A stretch of 64,000 nucleotides of DNA from Escherichia phage Lindwurm, in sequence record NC_134264.1; one strand, 5' to 3'. Positions 31,011 through 39,897 of this stretch are shown piece after piece (position 1 is the first letter of the stretch; each line of letters starts with the position of its first letter). A program made the position numbers and the translations under genes. The notes beneath the pieces are model-generated. The model did not search any database and was not told the DNA's origin. It was given only the letters and a program-made list of their open reading frames with translations.

Positions 31011-31649
31011 ATGACTACTCGTATCTCTAAAACTCGCGCTCTGGCAACTATCAAATCTCTGGAAGCTAAAATCCGTAAAGCTACTGAACAGCAGCTTCTG
31101 ATTGCTGTTGGTGAAGGTAAGGATAAAAACCAGGTTGTAGTTGGCGCTGCAATCGAAGTAGCTGATCTGTCTACCCGTATTAAGACTGATTTCCAATCTC
31201 TACTGGATATGATGTCTCAGCGTGATCGTATCAAATCTGCTCTGATTAAGAGCAATGCAGAAACAATCGTTAAGATTGGTTCTCGTAAAATGACTGTTGC
31301 GGAAGCAATTGAAGCTAAGCGTTCTATGGAGCTTAAAGCTCAACTGCTGGCTAACATGCGTAAGCAGTTCCATGCCGCTACGGTTAAATTTAATACGCAG
31401 AAAGCACAGTTTGATGCTAAATATGAGCGTTTACAGGATAGCATGGCTACCCGCGATAAGAAAACTTCCGAAGATGAAGTTAAAATGCAGCTCAACCTGC
31501 TGGAACTCAAGAATACTCCATTCTTGATTGATCCGCTGGAACTGGAGAAGCTGATTAAGCAGCATGACGAGGAATACCAGGACTTTGCAACAAATGTTGA
31601 CTTTGTTCTGTCCGAGTCTAACGCTTCTACCTTCATTGAAGTAGAGTAA
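31011..31649 (+). CDS. hypothetical protein
   Basis: 212 aa. Confidence 0.55.
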   Translation: MTTRISKTRALATIKSLEAKIRKATEQQLLIAVGEGKDKNQVVVGAAIEVADLSTRIKTDFQSLLDMMSQRDRIKSALIKSNAETIVKIGSRKMTVAEAIEAKRSMELKAQLLANMRKQFHAATVKFNTQKAQFDAKYERLQDSMATRDKKTSEDEVKMQLNLLELKNTPFLIDPLELEKLIKQHDEEYQDFATNVDFVLSESNASTFIEVE

Positions 31650-32032
31650 TAATTTAAAAGCTAGTAAATCGGTAGACGAAAGCCCAAGCATCTTACCTCG
31701 CACCAGTGGTTGAAATACGAGGTTAAATAAGACCGCTGACCATACTATAAAGTATAATCTATTGGAGATTATGTTTATTACACCAGCCTTTTAAGCTGAC
31801 ACGTAAAAACAAAGCGTCGTTGATATTACCGACACAACTTCAAAGATCAACATTTAAGTATGAAAGCTGAAAAGTTTAAAGAACTCAAACTTCTAAACTT
31901 CTAAAGCTAAAAGATGCAAAGTATTCGTTGATGATTCAAACCCTAGATCAAAGGTACATGGCTCATAAGATATGGCCTGTGGCGCCTCTAGGCTGTTTAT
32001 CGGTTTACTAGTTTCACAATTTAAAAATGTAT

Positions 32033-32061
32033 TTGCTAATCTACTAAATTATATGTATAAT
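32033..32061 (+). promoter_or_regulatory. early-type promoter
   Basis: TTGCTA-17-TATAAT. Confidence 0.6.
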
Positions 32062-32091
32062 ATATTTTTAAATTGATGAAACGAGGCTATT

Positions 32092-32409
32092 ATGACTTTT
32101 CATATTTTGATTGATGATGTGCGTAATCTTCATGGAATGGACATTATCATTCGAACCCCAGAAGCCGCTGTAGAGTTTCTGAATAAAACTGATACCACAG
32201 GCCATTTCGTTTATATGGATAATGACTTGGCTGTAGATGGTATGGAAGGTTATCAAATTCTTCGTTTACTCTTAGAATTTGGGCAGAGACCAAAGAAAGT
32301 GGTACTAGTAACCTCGAACCCAGTAGCTAAGCAAAATATGCGTAATGATTTGCTTGACTTAGGGTATAAAGAAAATCCCAATCGTGTTGAATATGATTGG
32401 CAGGAGTAA
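32092..32409 (+). CDS. hypothetical protein
   Basis: 105 aa. Confidence 0.5.
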   Translation: MTFHILIDDVRNLHGMDIIIRTPEAAVEFLNKTDTTGHFVYMDNDLAVDGMEGYQILRLLLEFGQRPKKVVLVTSNPVAKQNMRNDLLDLGYKENPNRVEYDWQE

Positions 32410-32414
32410 AAAGA

Positions 32415-32864
32415 ATGAAGGCAGCTTTGCTTTTAGTAGCTGCCCTTACCTTCAGCTTTAGTAGTCAGGCATCGCACGATGCAAAAGAAATAGATTGCAT
32501 TGCTAAAAATATCTATTTCGAGAGTCGTGGTGAGGGCATAAAGGGAATGACGGCGATTGCACATGTTACTAAAAACCGTGTAAACTCCGGTAAATTCCCA
32601 GATTCCTACTGTAAAGTAGTATATCAGTCTAACCAGTTCTCTTGGGTATCTAAGAGACCAAAAGTTGATAAAACTGATGAGGCTTGGCAAACCGCTAAGA
32701 ATTTAGCTAGAGTGATATACTACGTTGATTTACCACAAGATCCTACATATGGAGCACTATACTTCCATAGTGGTAAAGATAAACCTTACTGGACAAAGAA
32801 GTTTAAGAAAACAACTAAGATTAAGGGACATACGTTTTATAAACCTGTTGTCACTAAAACTTAA
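32415..32864 (+). CDS. secreted SleB/CwlJ-like cell wall hydrolase
   Basis: signal peptide MKAALLLVAALTFSFSSQA; NIYFESRGEG...AHVTKNRV hydrolase_2-like motif; ATG 32415 with GGAG RBS. Confidence 0.65.
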   Translation: MKAALLLVAALTFSFSSQASHDAKEIDCIAKNIYFESRGEGIKGMTAIAHVTKNRVNSGKFPDSYCKVVYQSNQFSWVSKRPKVDKTDEAWQTAKNLARVIYYVDLPQDPTYGALYFHSGKDKPYWTKKFKKTTKIKGHTFYKPVVTKT

Positions 32865-32872
32865 AAATTTAC

Positions 32873-32901
32873 TTGCTTAAATACTTAAATTTCCGTATAA
32901 T
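32873..32901 (+). promoter_or_regulatory. early-type promoter
   Basis: TTGCTT-17-TATAAT. Confidence 0.6.
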
Positions 32902-33102
32902 ACTTCCATAAATTAATGAGAGGAAGCGAAATATGAAATCAGTTGTAATTATTGGTGTTAACACTCGCGGTATTCGTACTACGAAAACTGTTAAAACTTC
33001 TAACGTTGCTGAAATCACTACGAACCCTAAAAAGTTTGATTTCGCCAAAGTCTCAGCAGTTATGACAGAACAATCTTTTAACCAAGCGTTAGGAATGAAA
33101 TA

Positions 33103-33657
33103 ATGGAAGAGAATATTTTAGATGTTTTGCGTAGAGCTTTGCAGGATTCTAAGTTTAATGGTTCTGATAAAGAAGTCGCTAAAAGCTATCAGACCATAGT
33201 TGGGGATCTTCAGCGTATTGATAAAGACTTCATCACTTCAGAACAATTTGTGTCTTATCTCAAAGCTCAACTAAAAAGCATTAACCAGATGAAAGCTAAA
33301 CTTCATGGTCAAGATCTTGATAGTTATAGCTTGCAGTCTGCTCAGTATGAATACATTCTAAATAAGTGGTTGCAGGAGTATCTGCCCCCTCAGTTGTCTG
33401 ATACTGAGATTCGTAAATACTTTGCAGAATTAGTTAAGCTAAACCCCGGAATTACAAAGGGTATGCTGATGAAAGCGATTAAGGAAGAATTTCCTGGGCG
33501 TTATGATGGTGGTACTGCTGCTCAGATTGCTGGCGAATTTAACCAAGCAGATAGTTTAGTAAACTTAATAAAAGTTGCTAAACAGGATATTTCAGAAGGT
33601 AAATCATATACGCAAGAAGAAGCACTTGCTAAATTAAAGTCCGATAGATTAAACTAA
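33103..33657 (+). CDS. GatB/YqeY-domain protein
   Basis: EYLPPQLSDTEIRKYFAELV...MLMKAIKEEFPGRYDGGTAAQIAGEF closely resembles YqeY C-terminal domain (from memory). Confidence 0.6.
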   Translation: MEENILDVLRRALQDSKFNGSDKEVAKSYQTIVGDLQRIDKDFITSEQFVSYLKAQLKSINQMKAKLHGQDLDSYSLQSAQYEYILNKWLQEYLPPQLSDTEIRKYFAELVKLNPGITKGMLMKAIKEEFPGRYDGGTAAQIAGEFNQADSLVNLIKVAKQDISEGKSYTQEEALAKLKSDRLN

Positions 33658-33665
33658 AAATTTAT

Positions 33666-33694
33666 TTGCTAAATGCCTTTAAATTCTGTATAAT
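33666..33694 (+). promoter_or_regulatory. early-type promoter
   Basis: TTGCTA-17-TATAAT. Confidence 0.6.
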
Positions 33695-33719
33695 ATATTC
33701 ATAAATTAGAGAACAGCGA

Positions 33720-34490
33720 GCCGATTACGCTGAGTGCAGAATCCCAACCGGAGCGCATTGAATAGAGTCGGTGGGTTAGTTGTAAAACTAGTACACAGGG
33801 GGCGGCAATCCCGGTTAGTGGCTAGAACGTGTAAAATGAGGCGTCTGAAACCTCTCCCCTAAACTCTTCTCTAATTTATAAATAGTGGGGTGTGGAAATC
33901 ACTTATGTAGTAACACTGCCGTACTAGTATAATTGGTATTATCAAGCCGTAACTGGTGGAAGATGTAGGTTCGAATCCTACGGTCGGTAAGAACTGGATA
34001 ACTGGTGCTTTTAATGTAAAAGCTTCCGAGGTTAGTTGCGCACTGCCTAAACCACGCGGTAGTTGGTTCCAGACTAACCAACCAGTCTGCTGAATAGTTT
34101 TATTACGATTTAACTATGTCCAGGCTAAAGAAGAACTTTAGAAGGTATTCTAGGATAGTGAAGTTCTTTCTCCATATCGGAGTAGTTTTTCAAGCTATCC
34201 CCAAAGTGGGAAATGCTGACATGAGAGATGTCACTAATGGTGCACAATAGCACAGGTAATTCGCGATAACTCCTGTTGAGTAGCAGCAAAAGGCGGGAAG
34301 TCATGACCCCAAGCCTAACCGAGTCCTCAATATACCGCAGGACATAACCACTAAGTCACCCTGACTTAAACTGGAAAATAATAGACGTTACCGTATTTTG
34401 TCTTGAAATACTTAATGAGTGAGACTTATGACTCTCCCGGTATCGTCTGTATTTTTAAGAGTTTTTACAAGAGTTCTTAAAAATACTTAA
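33720..34490 (+). ncRNA. structured non-coding leader/RNA region of unknown function
   Basis: about 770 nt without credible ORF, downstream of a promoter; orphan T-arm GTAGG-TTCGAAT-CCTAC at 33965-33981; mutually exclusive hairpins at 34050-34090. Confidence 0.35.
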
Positions 34491-34491
34491 A

Positions 34492-34566
34492 CGGGGTGTA
34501 GTCTAAGGGAGAGGCAGGAGTCTTCTAAATTCCTTTATGCAGGTTCGAATCCTGTCACCTCGGCCA
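34492..34566 (+). tRNA. tRNA-Arg (anticodon UCU)
   Basis: acceptor CGGGGTG/CACCTCG, D-stem GTCT/AGGC, anticodon loop CTTCTAA, T-arm GCAGG-TTCGAAT-CCTGT, encoded CCA. Confidence 0.7.
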
Positions 34567-34600
34567 ATTTTATTAACTGTAACTAAAACAAAGGAAACAT

Positions 34601-35548
34601 ATGTTTAATACTAAAAATATGAAAGAACTGACTTCTGAGCAGAAAGTAATTCGTACTATTAAACGTTGGGGTATTGGTGCTGTAGTTGGTTTAGCAGGCT
34701 TGATTCTAGCTTTTAATTCGTATACCATTGTTTCTGATGGTACGGTTAAAACCCAGACTTTCCTGGGTAAAGTAGACCCTAATCCAGTATTACCTGGTTT
34801 CCATCTTGTAAACCCGTTTGCATCTTTCGATACTTTTAGTACAAAAGATATTGCTGTAAAATTAGATAAACTTCAGGTTCCTAGTCAGGATAAGTTTAAA
34901 TCCACTGTTGACCTGACTGTTATGTTGCAGTTTGATGGTTCTAAGGCACCGATTAACCGTATTAACGCAGGTACTCAGGATCAGGCACTAGACAAGTATG
35001 TAACTGAAAAATTACTGTCTACTATTCGTGAGTTTGGTAAGTCTGTACCTAAAGCACAAGATTTGTTTGATGCTAAAATTCAGGCTCAATTGCAAACTGC
35101 AATTCAACAAGAAGTTGAAGAGTATGCACGCCCATATGGTTATACAGTTAAGCAGGTATTCCTTCAGGATATTACTTTGCCACCGGTAATCATGGAACAG
35201 GTACAGAATACCAAAGTTCGTGAAGAGCAAGTTAATGCTGCGAAAGCTGAACTGGCTCGTGTTGAACAAGAAGCACAGCAGAAGGTTAAACAAGCAGAAG
35301 CAGATCGTGAAGCTCGCAACAACCAAGCTATTGCTAATGAACGTGACGCAGATGCTAAACTGTACGCAGCTAAGAAAGAAGCTGAAGCTAACGCCGCATT
35401 GCAACGTACCATTACTCCTGAGATGATTCGTTGGAAACAACTGGAAGTTGAGATGATTCGTGCTCAGAAATATCAAGGTGGTGTACCTCAGACTGTGGTA
35501 GGTACTGGCTACGATGGTCAAATGATCATGGATATGCGTAACAAATAA
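34601..35548 (+). CDS. SPFH/band-7 (prohibitin-like) membrane protein
   Basis: N-terminal TM GIGAVVGLAGLILAF; SPFH-like core; Ala/Gln/Glu-rich coiled-coil C-terminus. Confidence 0.6.
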   Translation: MFNTKNMKELTSEQKVIRTIKRWGIGAVVGLAGLILAFNSYTIVSDGTVKTQTFLGKVDPNPVLPGFHLVNPFASFDTFSTKDIAVKLDKLQVPSQDKFKSTVDLTVMLQFDGSKAPINRINAGTQDQALDKYVTEKLLSTIREFGKSVPKAQDLFDAKIQAQLQTAIQQEVEEYARPYGYTVKQVFLQDITLPPVIMEQVQNTKVREEQVNAAKAELARVEQEAQQKVKQAEADREARNNQAIANERDADAKLYAAKKEAEANAALQRTITPEMIRWKQLEVEMIRAQKYQGGVPQTVVGTGYDGQMIMDMRNK

Positions 35549-35571
35549 TAGTTACACGTAATCTTCGAACC

Positions 35572-35610
35572 AAGCCCGCGTTTCCTCCGAGAGCGCAGGC
35601 TTTTCTGTAT
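35572..35610 (+). terminator. hairpin terminator
   Basis: AAGCCCGCG...GCGCAGGCTT stem followed by TTTTCTGTATTT. Confidence 0.5.
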
Positions 35611-35620
35611 TTAAGGCAAA

Positions 35621-35660
35621 ATAAAAAGCCCCTAAGTCTTTCGACTAGGGGCTTTATTGT
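35621..35660. terminator. bidirectional terminator between convergent genes
   Basis: AGCCCCTA...TAGGGGCT stem flanked by A-run upstream and T-run downstream. Confidence 0.6.
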
Positions 35661-35872
35661 TTGGTTCCTTAGAACCATATACTCTTGTTACAGCAACCAC
35701 CCATACGGGAGGCCAATCTTGACTGAAAATCTACTCTAGGGGGCAGGATAAGAGTAGGCTTAAAGGCAAACGGATTGAACGCCGGTATTTGCGTAAACAT
35801 TGCTGGAGAGCAACAACGTGCTACAGGCATTGGGCAGCACGAAACAGGTTTTCTGCAACACATAATTTCTCC

Positions 35873-36289
35873 TTAGGAGTTATTACCACCATTTTGAGCT
35901 TTTGCAATTTGGCTTTGGCAGAAGCTATTAAACTTACCCATAAGTGATACAAGCTGTTTCCCATCCTCTGTCTTTGCGAAGTCTTCGAAAAGGGCTAGTA
36001 CTGCCTGTCCTTCCGCGGAAACCTGTGGTTGTTGGGTTTGTTGCTGAACTTGCTGCTGAGGCACCTGTTGCTGCATTTGTTGGGGCATTTGCGACTGCCC
36101 GCTCATTTGCTGCATCATTTGCATAGGACTCACACTTCCAGGGTTTTGCTGGAGTTGTTGCTGCATCTGTTGCGCTTCTGCTAAACGCTGTTGCAATTGT
36201 TGTAAGTAGGGGTTATCCAGACCCGGAATGGGCTGCTGGGAGCCCATACTTTGATTAAGTCCGTTATTTACAAAACCATATTTACTCAT
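35873..36289 (-). CDS. Gln-rich hypothetical protein
   Basis: 138 aa; low-complexity Q/P-rich core. Confidence 0.5.
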   Translation of the reverse strand: MSKYGFVNNGLNQSMGSQQPIPGLDNPYLQQLQQRLAEAQQMQQQLQQNPGSVSPMQMMQQMSGQSQMPQQMQQQVPQQQVQQQTQQPQVSAEGQAVLALFEDFAKTEDGKQLVSLMGKFNSFCQSQIAKAQNGGNNS

Positions 36290-36310
36290 AATGGGCTCCT
36301 CCCCTTAATA

Positions 36311-37297
36311 TTAAGCCGGCAGTTTAGCCTGCAGACCAGCCAGAGTCTGAGTGATAGTACCAAGACTTAAAGCGATTTGATTAATTACCTGACCGTTAGC
36401 ACCGCTACCCGCAGCGATTGCTTCACGTAGGCGACACGCATCTAACTCATCCTGGATACGCGCAGTAGTTACACCGGCGATCGCAGTCTGAAGTTCACAG
36501 CAACATTCAGCAATCTGACGTTCCAGAGAGTTCTGGTTAGCACACATCTGAGCCTGAACAGCGGCAAACTGGTTATTAGTTTGTAAAGTCTGCTGGAAAG
36601 CGATCTGTGCAGAATCAAACTTATCTTGTGCACGAGCTATCTGATTAGCTGCGAAAGATTGATCAATCTGGCGAGAAAGATCGAACTGGCCCTGAATAAC
36701 GTTGCGAGTTTCCTGGCAGATCTGATTAGACAGATTAGCACCTGTACCATAGATCGTAGTTAGTACAGACTGAGTATCACGGCTCTGGTTTTGGGATGTC
36801 TGGCTAAAACCATTGTTAACTGCGCTTAAAACAGCTCCAGTGCCCTGGTTAGCTTCTGTACGAGTAGTGTTAATAGCTGCTAGAATACTAGCGGTATCTT
36901 GGTTCTGAAGTACTGCATCAACTGCGGTACCTTCACCAACTACACCACGCCCACCGAATCCACCGAAACCACCGAATCCGCCTGTTAATAGAGCACCGAT
37001 TAGGATAGCTCCGAATAGTCCCATACCTTCACCACCGAAAGCACCTGCGTTTGCTGGGTAACCACCCAGTAGGCCAGGAAAGCCACTAGTGAATACGTTT
37101 ACTGGTTCTTGCATTTTATGTTTTCCATATTTATGACAATGTTCATCATCGTCATCTTCTTCATCGTCGTGTTCGCGATGTTTCTCTTCGTAGGCTCTGA
37201 CCTTCTCCCACTTTTTCTTATCTGATTCCTCGTGACGGTGCAGTTCTGCTGCAACGCTAGCGACGGTCTCAGGACTCTTAGCTACTTCTTCTGTCAT
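36311..37297 (-). CDS. glycine-zipper membrane-like protein with acidic N-terminus and Q/N/A-rich C-terminus
   Basis: AGGAGG RBS 9 nt before ATG at 37297; GGFGGFGGFGG repeats; CCC cluster. Confidence 0.5.
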   Translation of the reverse strand: MTEEVAKSPETVASVAAELHRHEESDKKKWEKVRAYEEKHREHDDEEDDDDEHCHKYGKHKMQEPVNVFTSGFPGLLGGYPANAGAFGGEGMGLFGAILIGALLTGGFGGFGGFGGRGVVGEGTAVDAVLQNQDTASILAAINTTRTEANQGTGAVLSAVNNGFSQTSQNQSRDTQSVLTTIYGTGANLSNQICQETRNVIQGQFDLSRQIDQSFAANQIARAQDKFDSAQIAFQQTLQTNNQFAAVQAQMCANQNSLERQIAECCCELQTAIAGVTTARIQDELDACRLREAIAAGSGANGQVINQIALSLGTITQTLAGLQAKLPA

Positions 37298-37503
37298 TTT
37301 TTGACACCTCCTAGTATATAGAAAATGTGTGTCTCTTTGATCACTCATCCATAACATATACTTTACACTACCCCAGCGAAAATGTCAAGGGGTCTTTAAA
37401 AATTGCCCCCGGATTTTTAGTGGGGTCACAAATTTTGGTCCTCACTACTTATCTGCTACCCTTAAATGCCCTATGATTTTCCTCTAAAAAGTTAAAAAAT
37501 TTA

Positions 37504-37532
37504 ATTGCTTGAATGCTATATTCTCTGTATAA
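37504..37532 (+). promoter_or_regulatory. early-type promoter
   Basis: TTGCTT-17-TATAAT then CTATAAATTTGAGAGAGG. Confidence 0.6.
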
Positions 37533-37562
37533 TATATCTATAAATTTGAGAGAGGAACCAAA

Positions 37563-38082
37563 TATGAATGTTGATGAGCTAACACAGCACCTCTTATCTA
37601 GAGGATTTGATACAGATAAATATCATTGCTGGTTAAGTACGGAAGGATGGCTAACAGTCCCGTTGTATGACTTCTCTGGGATGTTGAGGGGCTATCAAAC
37701 TTATAATCCTTCTGCTCCAAAAGGTCATGGTAAGTGCCCCTTTGAAGCTAAATACTTTACTTATTCTACTACCCAGTGTGTATGGGGACTAGAAACTCTC
37801 AATGGAGATGAAAAAGTAGTATTGATTGCTGAATCTGTATTTAAGGCAGTTGCGTTACATAACGCTGGTTATCCAGCCCTAGCAATGTTGGGTTCTTCTC
37901 CAGGAAAAGCGTTATTAAAGCAACTGAAATTACTACCTTTTAAATTGATAGCTGTCGGGGACAATGATCCTGCGGGTGAAAAATTTGCTAGAAAATTAAA
38001 CGGCTTTGTTTCTCCTGTAGATGTAGATGAGATGTCTACCGAAAACTTGAAAAATTTTCTTGCTATGAAGCTAAATTTCTAA
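37563..38082 (+). CDS. Toprim-domain protein
   Basis: VVLIAESVFKA ... KLIAVGDNDPAGEKFARKL (conserved Glu plus DxD); ATG 37563. Confidence 0.55.
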
Positions 38083-38088
38083 TATAAT
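38060..38088 (+). promoter_or_regulatory. early-type promoter embedded in 3' end of preceding CDS
   Basis: TTGCTA-17-TATAAT immediately upstream of tRNA-Ser. Confidence 0.5.
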
Positions 38089-38103
38089 ATATCTTATAAA
38101 TTC

Positions 38104-38192
38104 GGAAGAATAGCATAACGGTATTGCAGCAGATTGCTAATCTGTCGGTTTGAAATATAGCCTTGTGGGTTCGATTCCCACTTCTTCCGCCA
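38104..38192 (+). tRNA. tRNA-Ser (anticodon GCU), class II
   Basis: acceptor GGAAGAA/TTCTTCC, anticodon loop TTGCTAA, long variable arm, T-arm GTGGG-TTCGATT-CCCAC, CCA. Confidence 0.75.
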
Positions 38193-38198
38193 GATTTT

Positions 38199-38276
38199 GG
38201 TTCTCAAGCTCATATGGTATGAGCACCCAGCTCATAACTGGAAGGTACGTAGGTTCGAATCCTCGGGGAGCCACCA
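38199..38276 (+). tRNA. tRNA with CAU anticodon (Met/fMet/Ile2)
   Basis: acceptor GGTTCTC/GGGAGCC with G-U pairs, D-arm GCTC-ATATGGTAT-GAGC, anticodon loop CTCATAA; T-stem poorly paired. Confidence 0.55.
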
Positions 38277-38294
38277 ATTAAATAGAGGTCACAA

Positions 38295-38483
38295 ATGGAT
38301 CTATATATAGTTTATGTTGTGTTTATTCAAGATAGAGAATACCCGGATGAATATAAAAAAGGATATAGGTTAGCCAGAGCTACCTCTGAAGCCCAAGCTA
38401 TGGATAAAGTGGCAGATTATATGATTACGGTAGAAAACGTACACTATATCGACTACCTTGAAGCCTCAAAAGTAATTGACTAA
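38295..38483 (+). CDS. hypothetical protein
   Basis: 62 aa. Confidence 0.45.
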   Translation: MDLYIVYVVFIQDREYPDEYKKGYRLARATSEAQAMDKVADYMITVENVHYIDYLEASKVID

Positions 38484-38492
38484 GGAGACTAT

Positions 38493-38678
38493 ATGTCCAA
38501 GTTTCAAGAACTCAAGCAAGAGCTAGAAGAGTGTGCCTGCCCTGAGTGTAGGGGAATTGGTGAAAGTTCTGATGCAGAAGCAGGAGATACTTTTTGCAAT
38601 ATCTGGGTTTGCCCAAATTGCAATGGTACAGGTATTAATCCTAACTGTGGTATTTCCCTAGATATTGAACGAGGATAA
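38493..38678 (+). CDS. hypothetical Cys-rich zinc-ribbon protein
   Basis: CACPECRG...CNIWVCPNCNGTG. Confidence 0.5.
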   Translation: MSKFQELKQELEECACPECRGIGESSDAEAGDTFCNIWVCPNCNGTGINPNCGISLDIERG

Positions 38679-38779
38679 TACCTGTGAAACTAAAAGATTA
38701 CTATATTGGTTGGTTTGTGGGACTAGTAGTAGGATTTTCACTAGGCTATAATATGTATCAACTAATAAACTGATTACAT

Positions 38780-38856
38780 GGGGGTGTAATCGAATTGGCA
38801 TAGGTACTGGACTTAAAATTCAGGTTTTGTGGGTTCGAATCCCACCACCCCTACCA
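38780..38856 (+). tRNA. class I tRNA with UAA anticodon (Leu-decoding by anticodon)
   Basis: acceptor GGGGGTG/CACCCCT, D-stem ATC/GGT, anticodon stem CTGGA/TTCAG loop CTTAAAA, 5-nt variable loop, T-arm GTGGG-TTCGAAT-CCCAC, A73, CCA. Confidence 0.6.
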
Positions 38857-39031
38857 AATTAAGGAAATAAGATGTATAGACATCCACCTCCGCCAACACG
38901 TCGTTCTAGAGAAGTTATTCTCATGGAGTTGACTAAAAACTTCAAGGCAACTCTTGAAGATAGAGATCTAGGCACGGATGAAGACATTGATTTTATTTGT
39001 AGACTATTAAAGATGAAACTGGAGAAACAAC

Positions 39032-39238
39032 ATGGCTAATCCTGAAATTACCGCACAACGTTTCATGCTTAAAGGTATGATTGCTGAGGCGGGTTTAACT
39101 CAAGAGGTTGCAGATTTTCATAAGCAATTTCTTGATATTATAACTCTAGCTAAAGAAACTGGAGAAAAAGAACATGGAGCGGCAATTATGGCTATATCTC
39201 TTATTAGTCTAGACTTGGCTGAAGAATCTGGAGTTTAG
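39032..39238 (+). CDS. hypothetical protein
   Basis: 68 aa. Confidence 0.45.
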   Translation: MANPEITAQRFMLKGMIAEAGLTQEVADFHKQFLDIITLAKETGEKEHGAAIMAISLISLDLAEESGV

Positions 39239-39268
39239 ATCCTCCAAACAGAATTTTTAAAAATGTAC

Positions 39269-39298
39269 TTGCCTTTTGCTTTAAATTTCTGGTATAAT
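39269..39298 (+). promoter_or_regulatory. early-type promoter
   Basis: TTGCCT-18-TATAAT. Confidence 0.5.
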
Positions 39299-39328
39299 AG
39301 TTATATAAATTGATGAAGGAGTTAACGA

Positions 39329-39604
39329 ATGCAAAATCGTGTTATAGCAGCTGGTATTGAAAGTGCAATCTGTAAATCCTGGGAAGGCTGGGAAGGTGAG
39401 ATTGAATGGCTTTATTTCTACGATGTAGAGCTTCTGCCGGAAATTAAAGCTAAATGTGTTGAAGCTGGCATGTCTCCAGATGCAAGAGCTGATATTGATA
39501 TTTCAATGTCTGAACTTAAAGGTCGTGTAATCACTGTTAGTGATGAGGGCGAAGAAGTTTTTGAACTTCCGTTCTCCTTAACTGTCACTCCTAAGTTCGA
39601 CTAA
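39329..39604 (+). CDS. hypothetical protein
   Basis: 91 aa. Confidence 0.5.
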   Translation: MQNRVIAAGIESAICKSWEGWEGEIEWLYFYDVELLPEIKAKCVEAGMSPDARADIDISMSELKGRVITVSDEGEEVFELPFSLTVTPKFD

Positions 39605-39640
39605 CTAATACAGCATTGGGCAAGTTCTTTAAAATTTGAC

Positions 39641-39669
39641 TTGCCCAATACTATAAAACTTGGTATAAT
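39641..39669 (+). promoter_or_regulatory. early-type promoter
   Basis: TTGCCC-17-TATAAT. Confidence 0.55.
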
Positions 39670-39802
39670 ATTTATCTAATTTGGAAAGTTCTTTTTAAGG
39701 TAGTTCTTACTTTAGCAGAGTAAATTTTTGGCAGATGGCCCCCACCATTTTACCGATAACTCCTAGTCAGTGCGGTAACACTGGCTACCTTAAAGAGAAT
39801 TT

Positions 39803-39890
39803 GGGCGTTTATTCCGTAAGTGGTAGCGGAGGGGACTGTAAATCCCTGGTCATTGCGACTCGAGTGGTTCGACTCCATTAACGCCCACCA
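39803..39890 (+). tRNA. tRNA-Tyr (anticodon GUA), class II
   Basis: acceptor GGGCGTT/AACGCCC, anticodon loop CTGTAAA, long variable arm, T-loop TTCGACT, CCA. Confidence 0.7.
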
Positions 39891-39897
39891 ATTTAAT

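Noticed and set aside
33965-33990. Canonical tRNA at the perfect T-arm GTAGG-TTCGAAT-CCTAC
   Set aside because: No complementary 5' acceptor strand or anticodon arm could be found within 100 nt upstream; kept only as a tRNA-like remnant within the ncRNA region.
33899-34081. 60-aa minus-strand ORF inside the 33720-34490 region
   Set aside because: Antisense to a promoter-driven structured region, no RBS, composition atypical; more likely non-coding.
28513-36126. Other short antisense/nested ORFs (e.g. 28513..28765, 28884..29147, 31297..31703, 32433..32690, 35012..35521, 35164..35426, 35944..36126)
   Set aside because: Overlap better-supported genes on the opposite strand or same locus with odd composition; no RBS.
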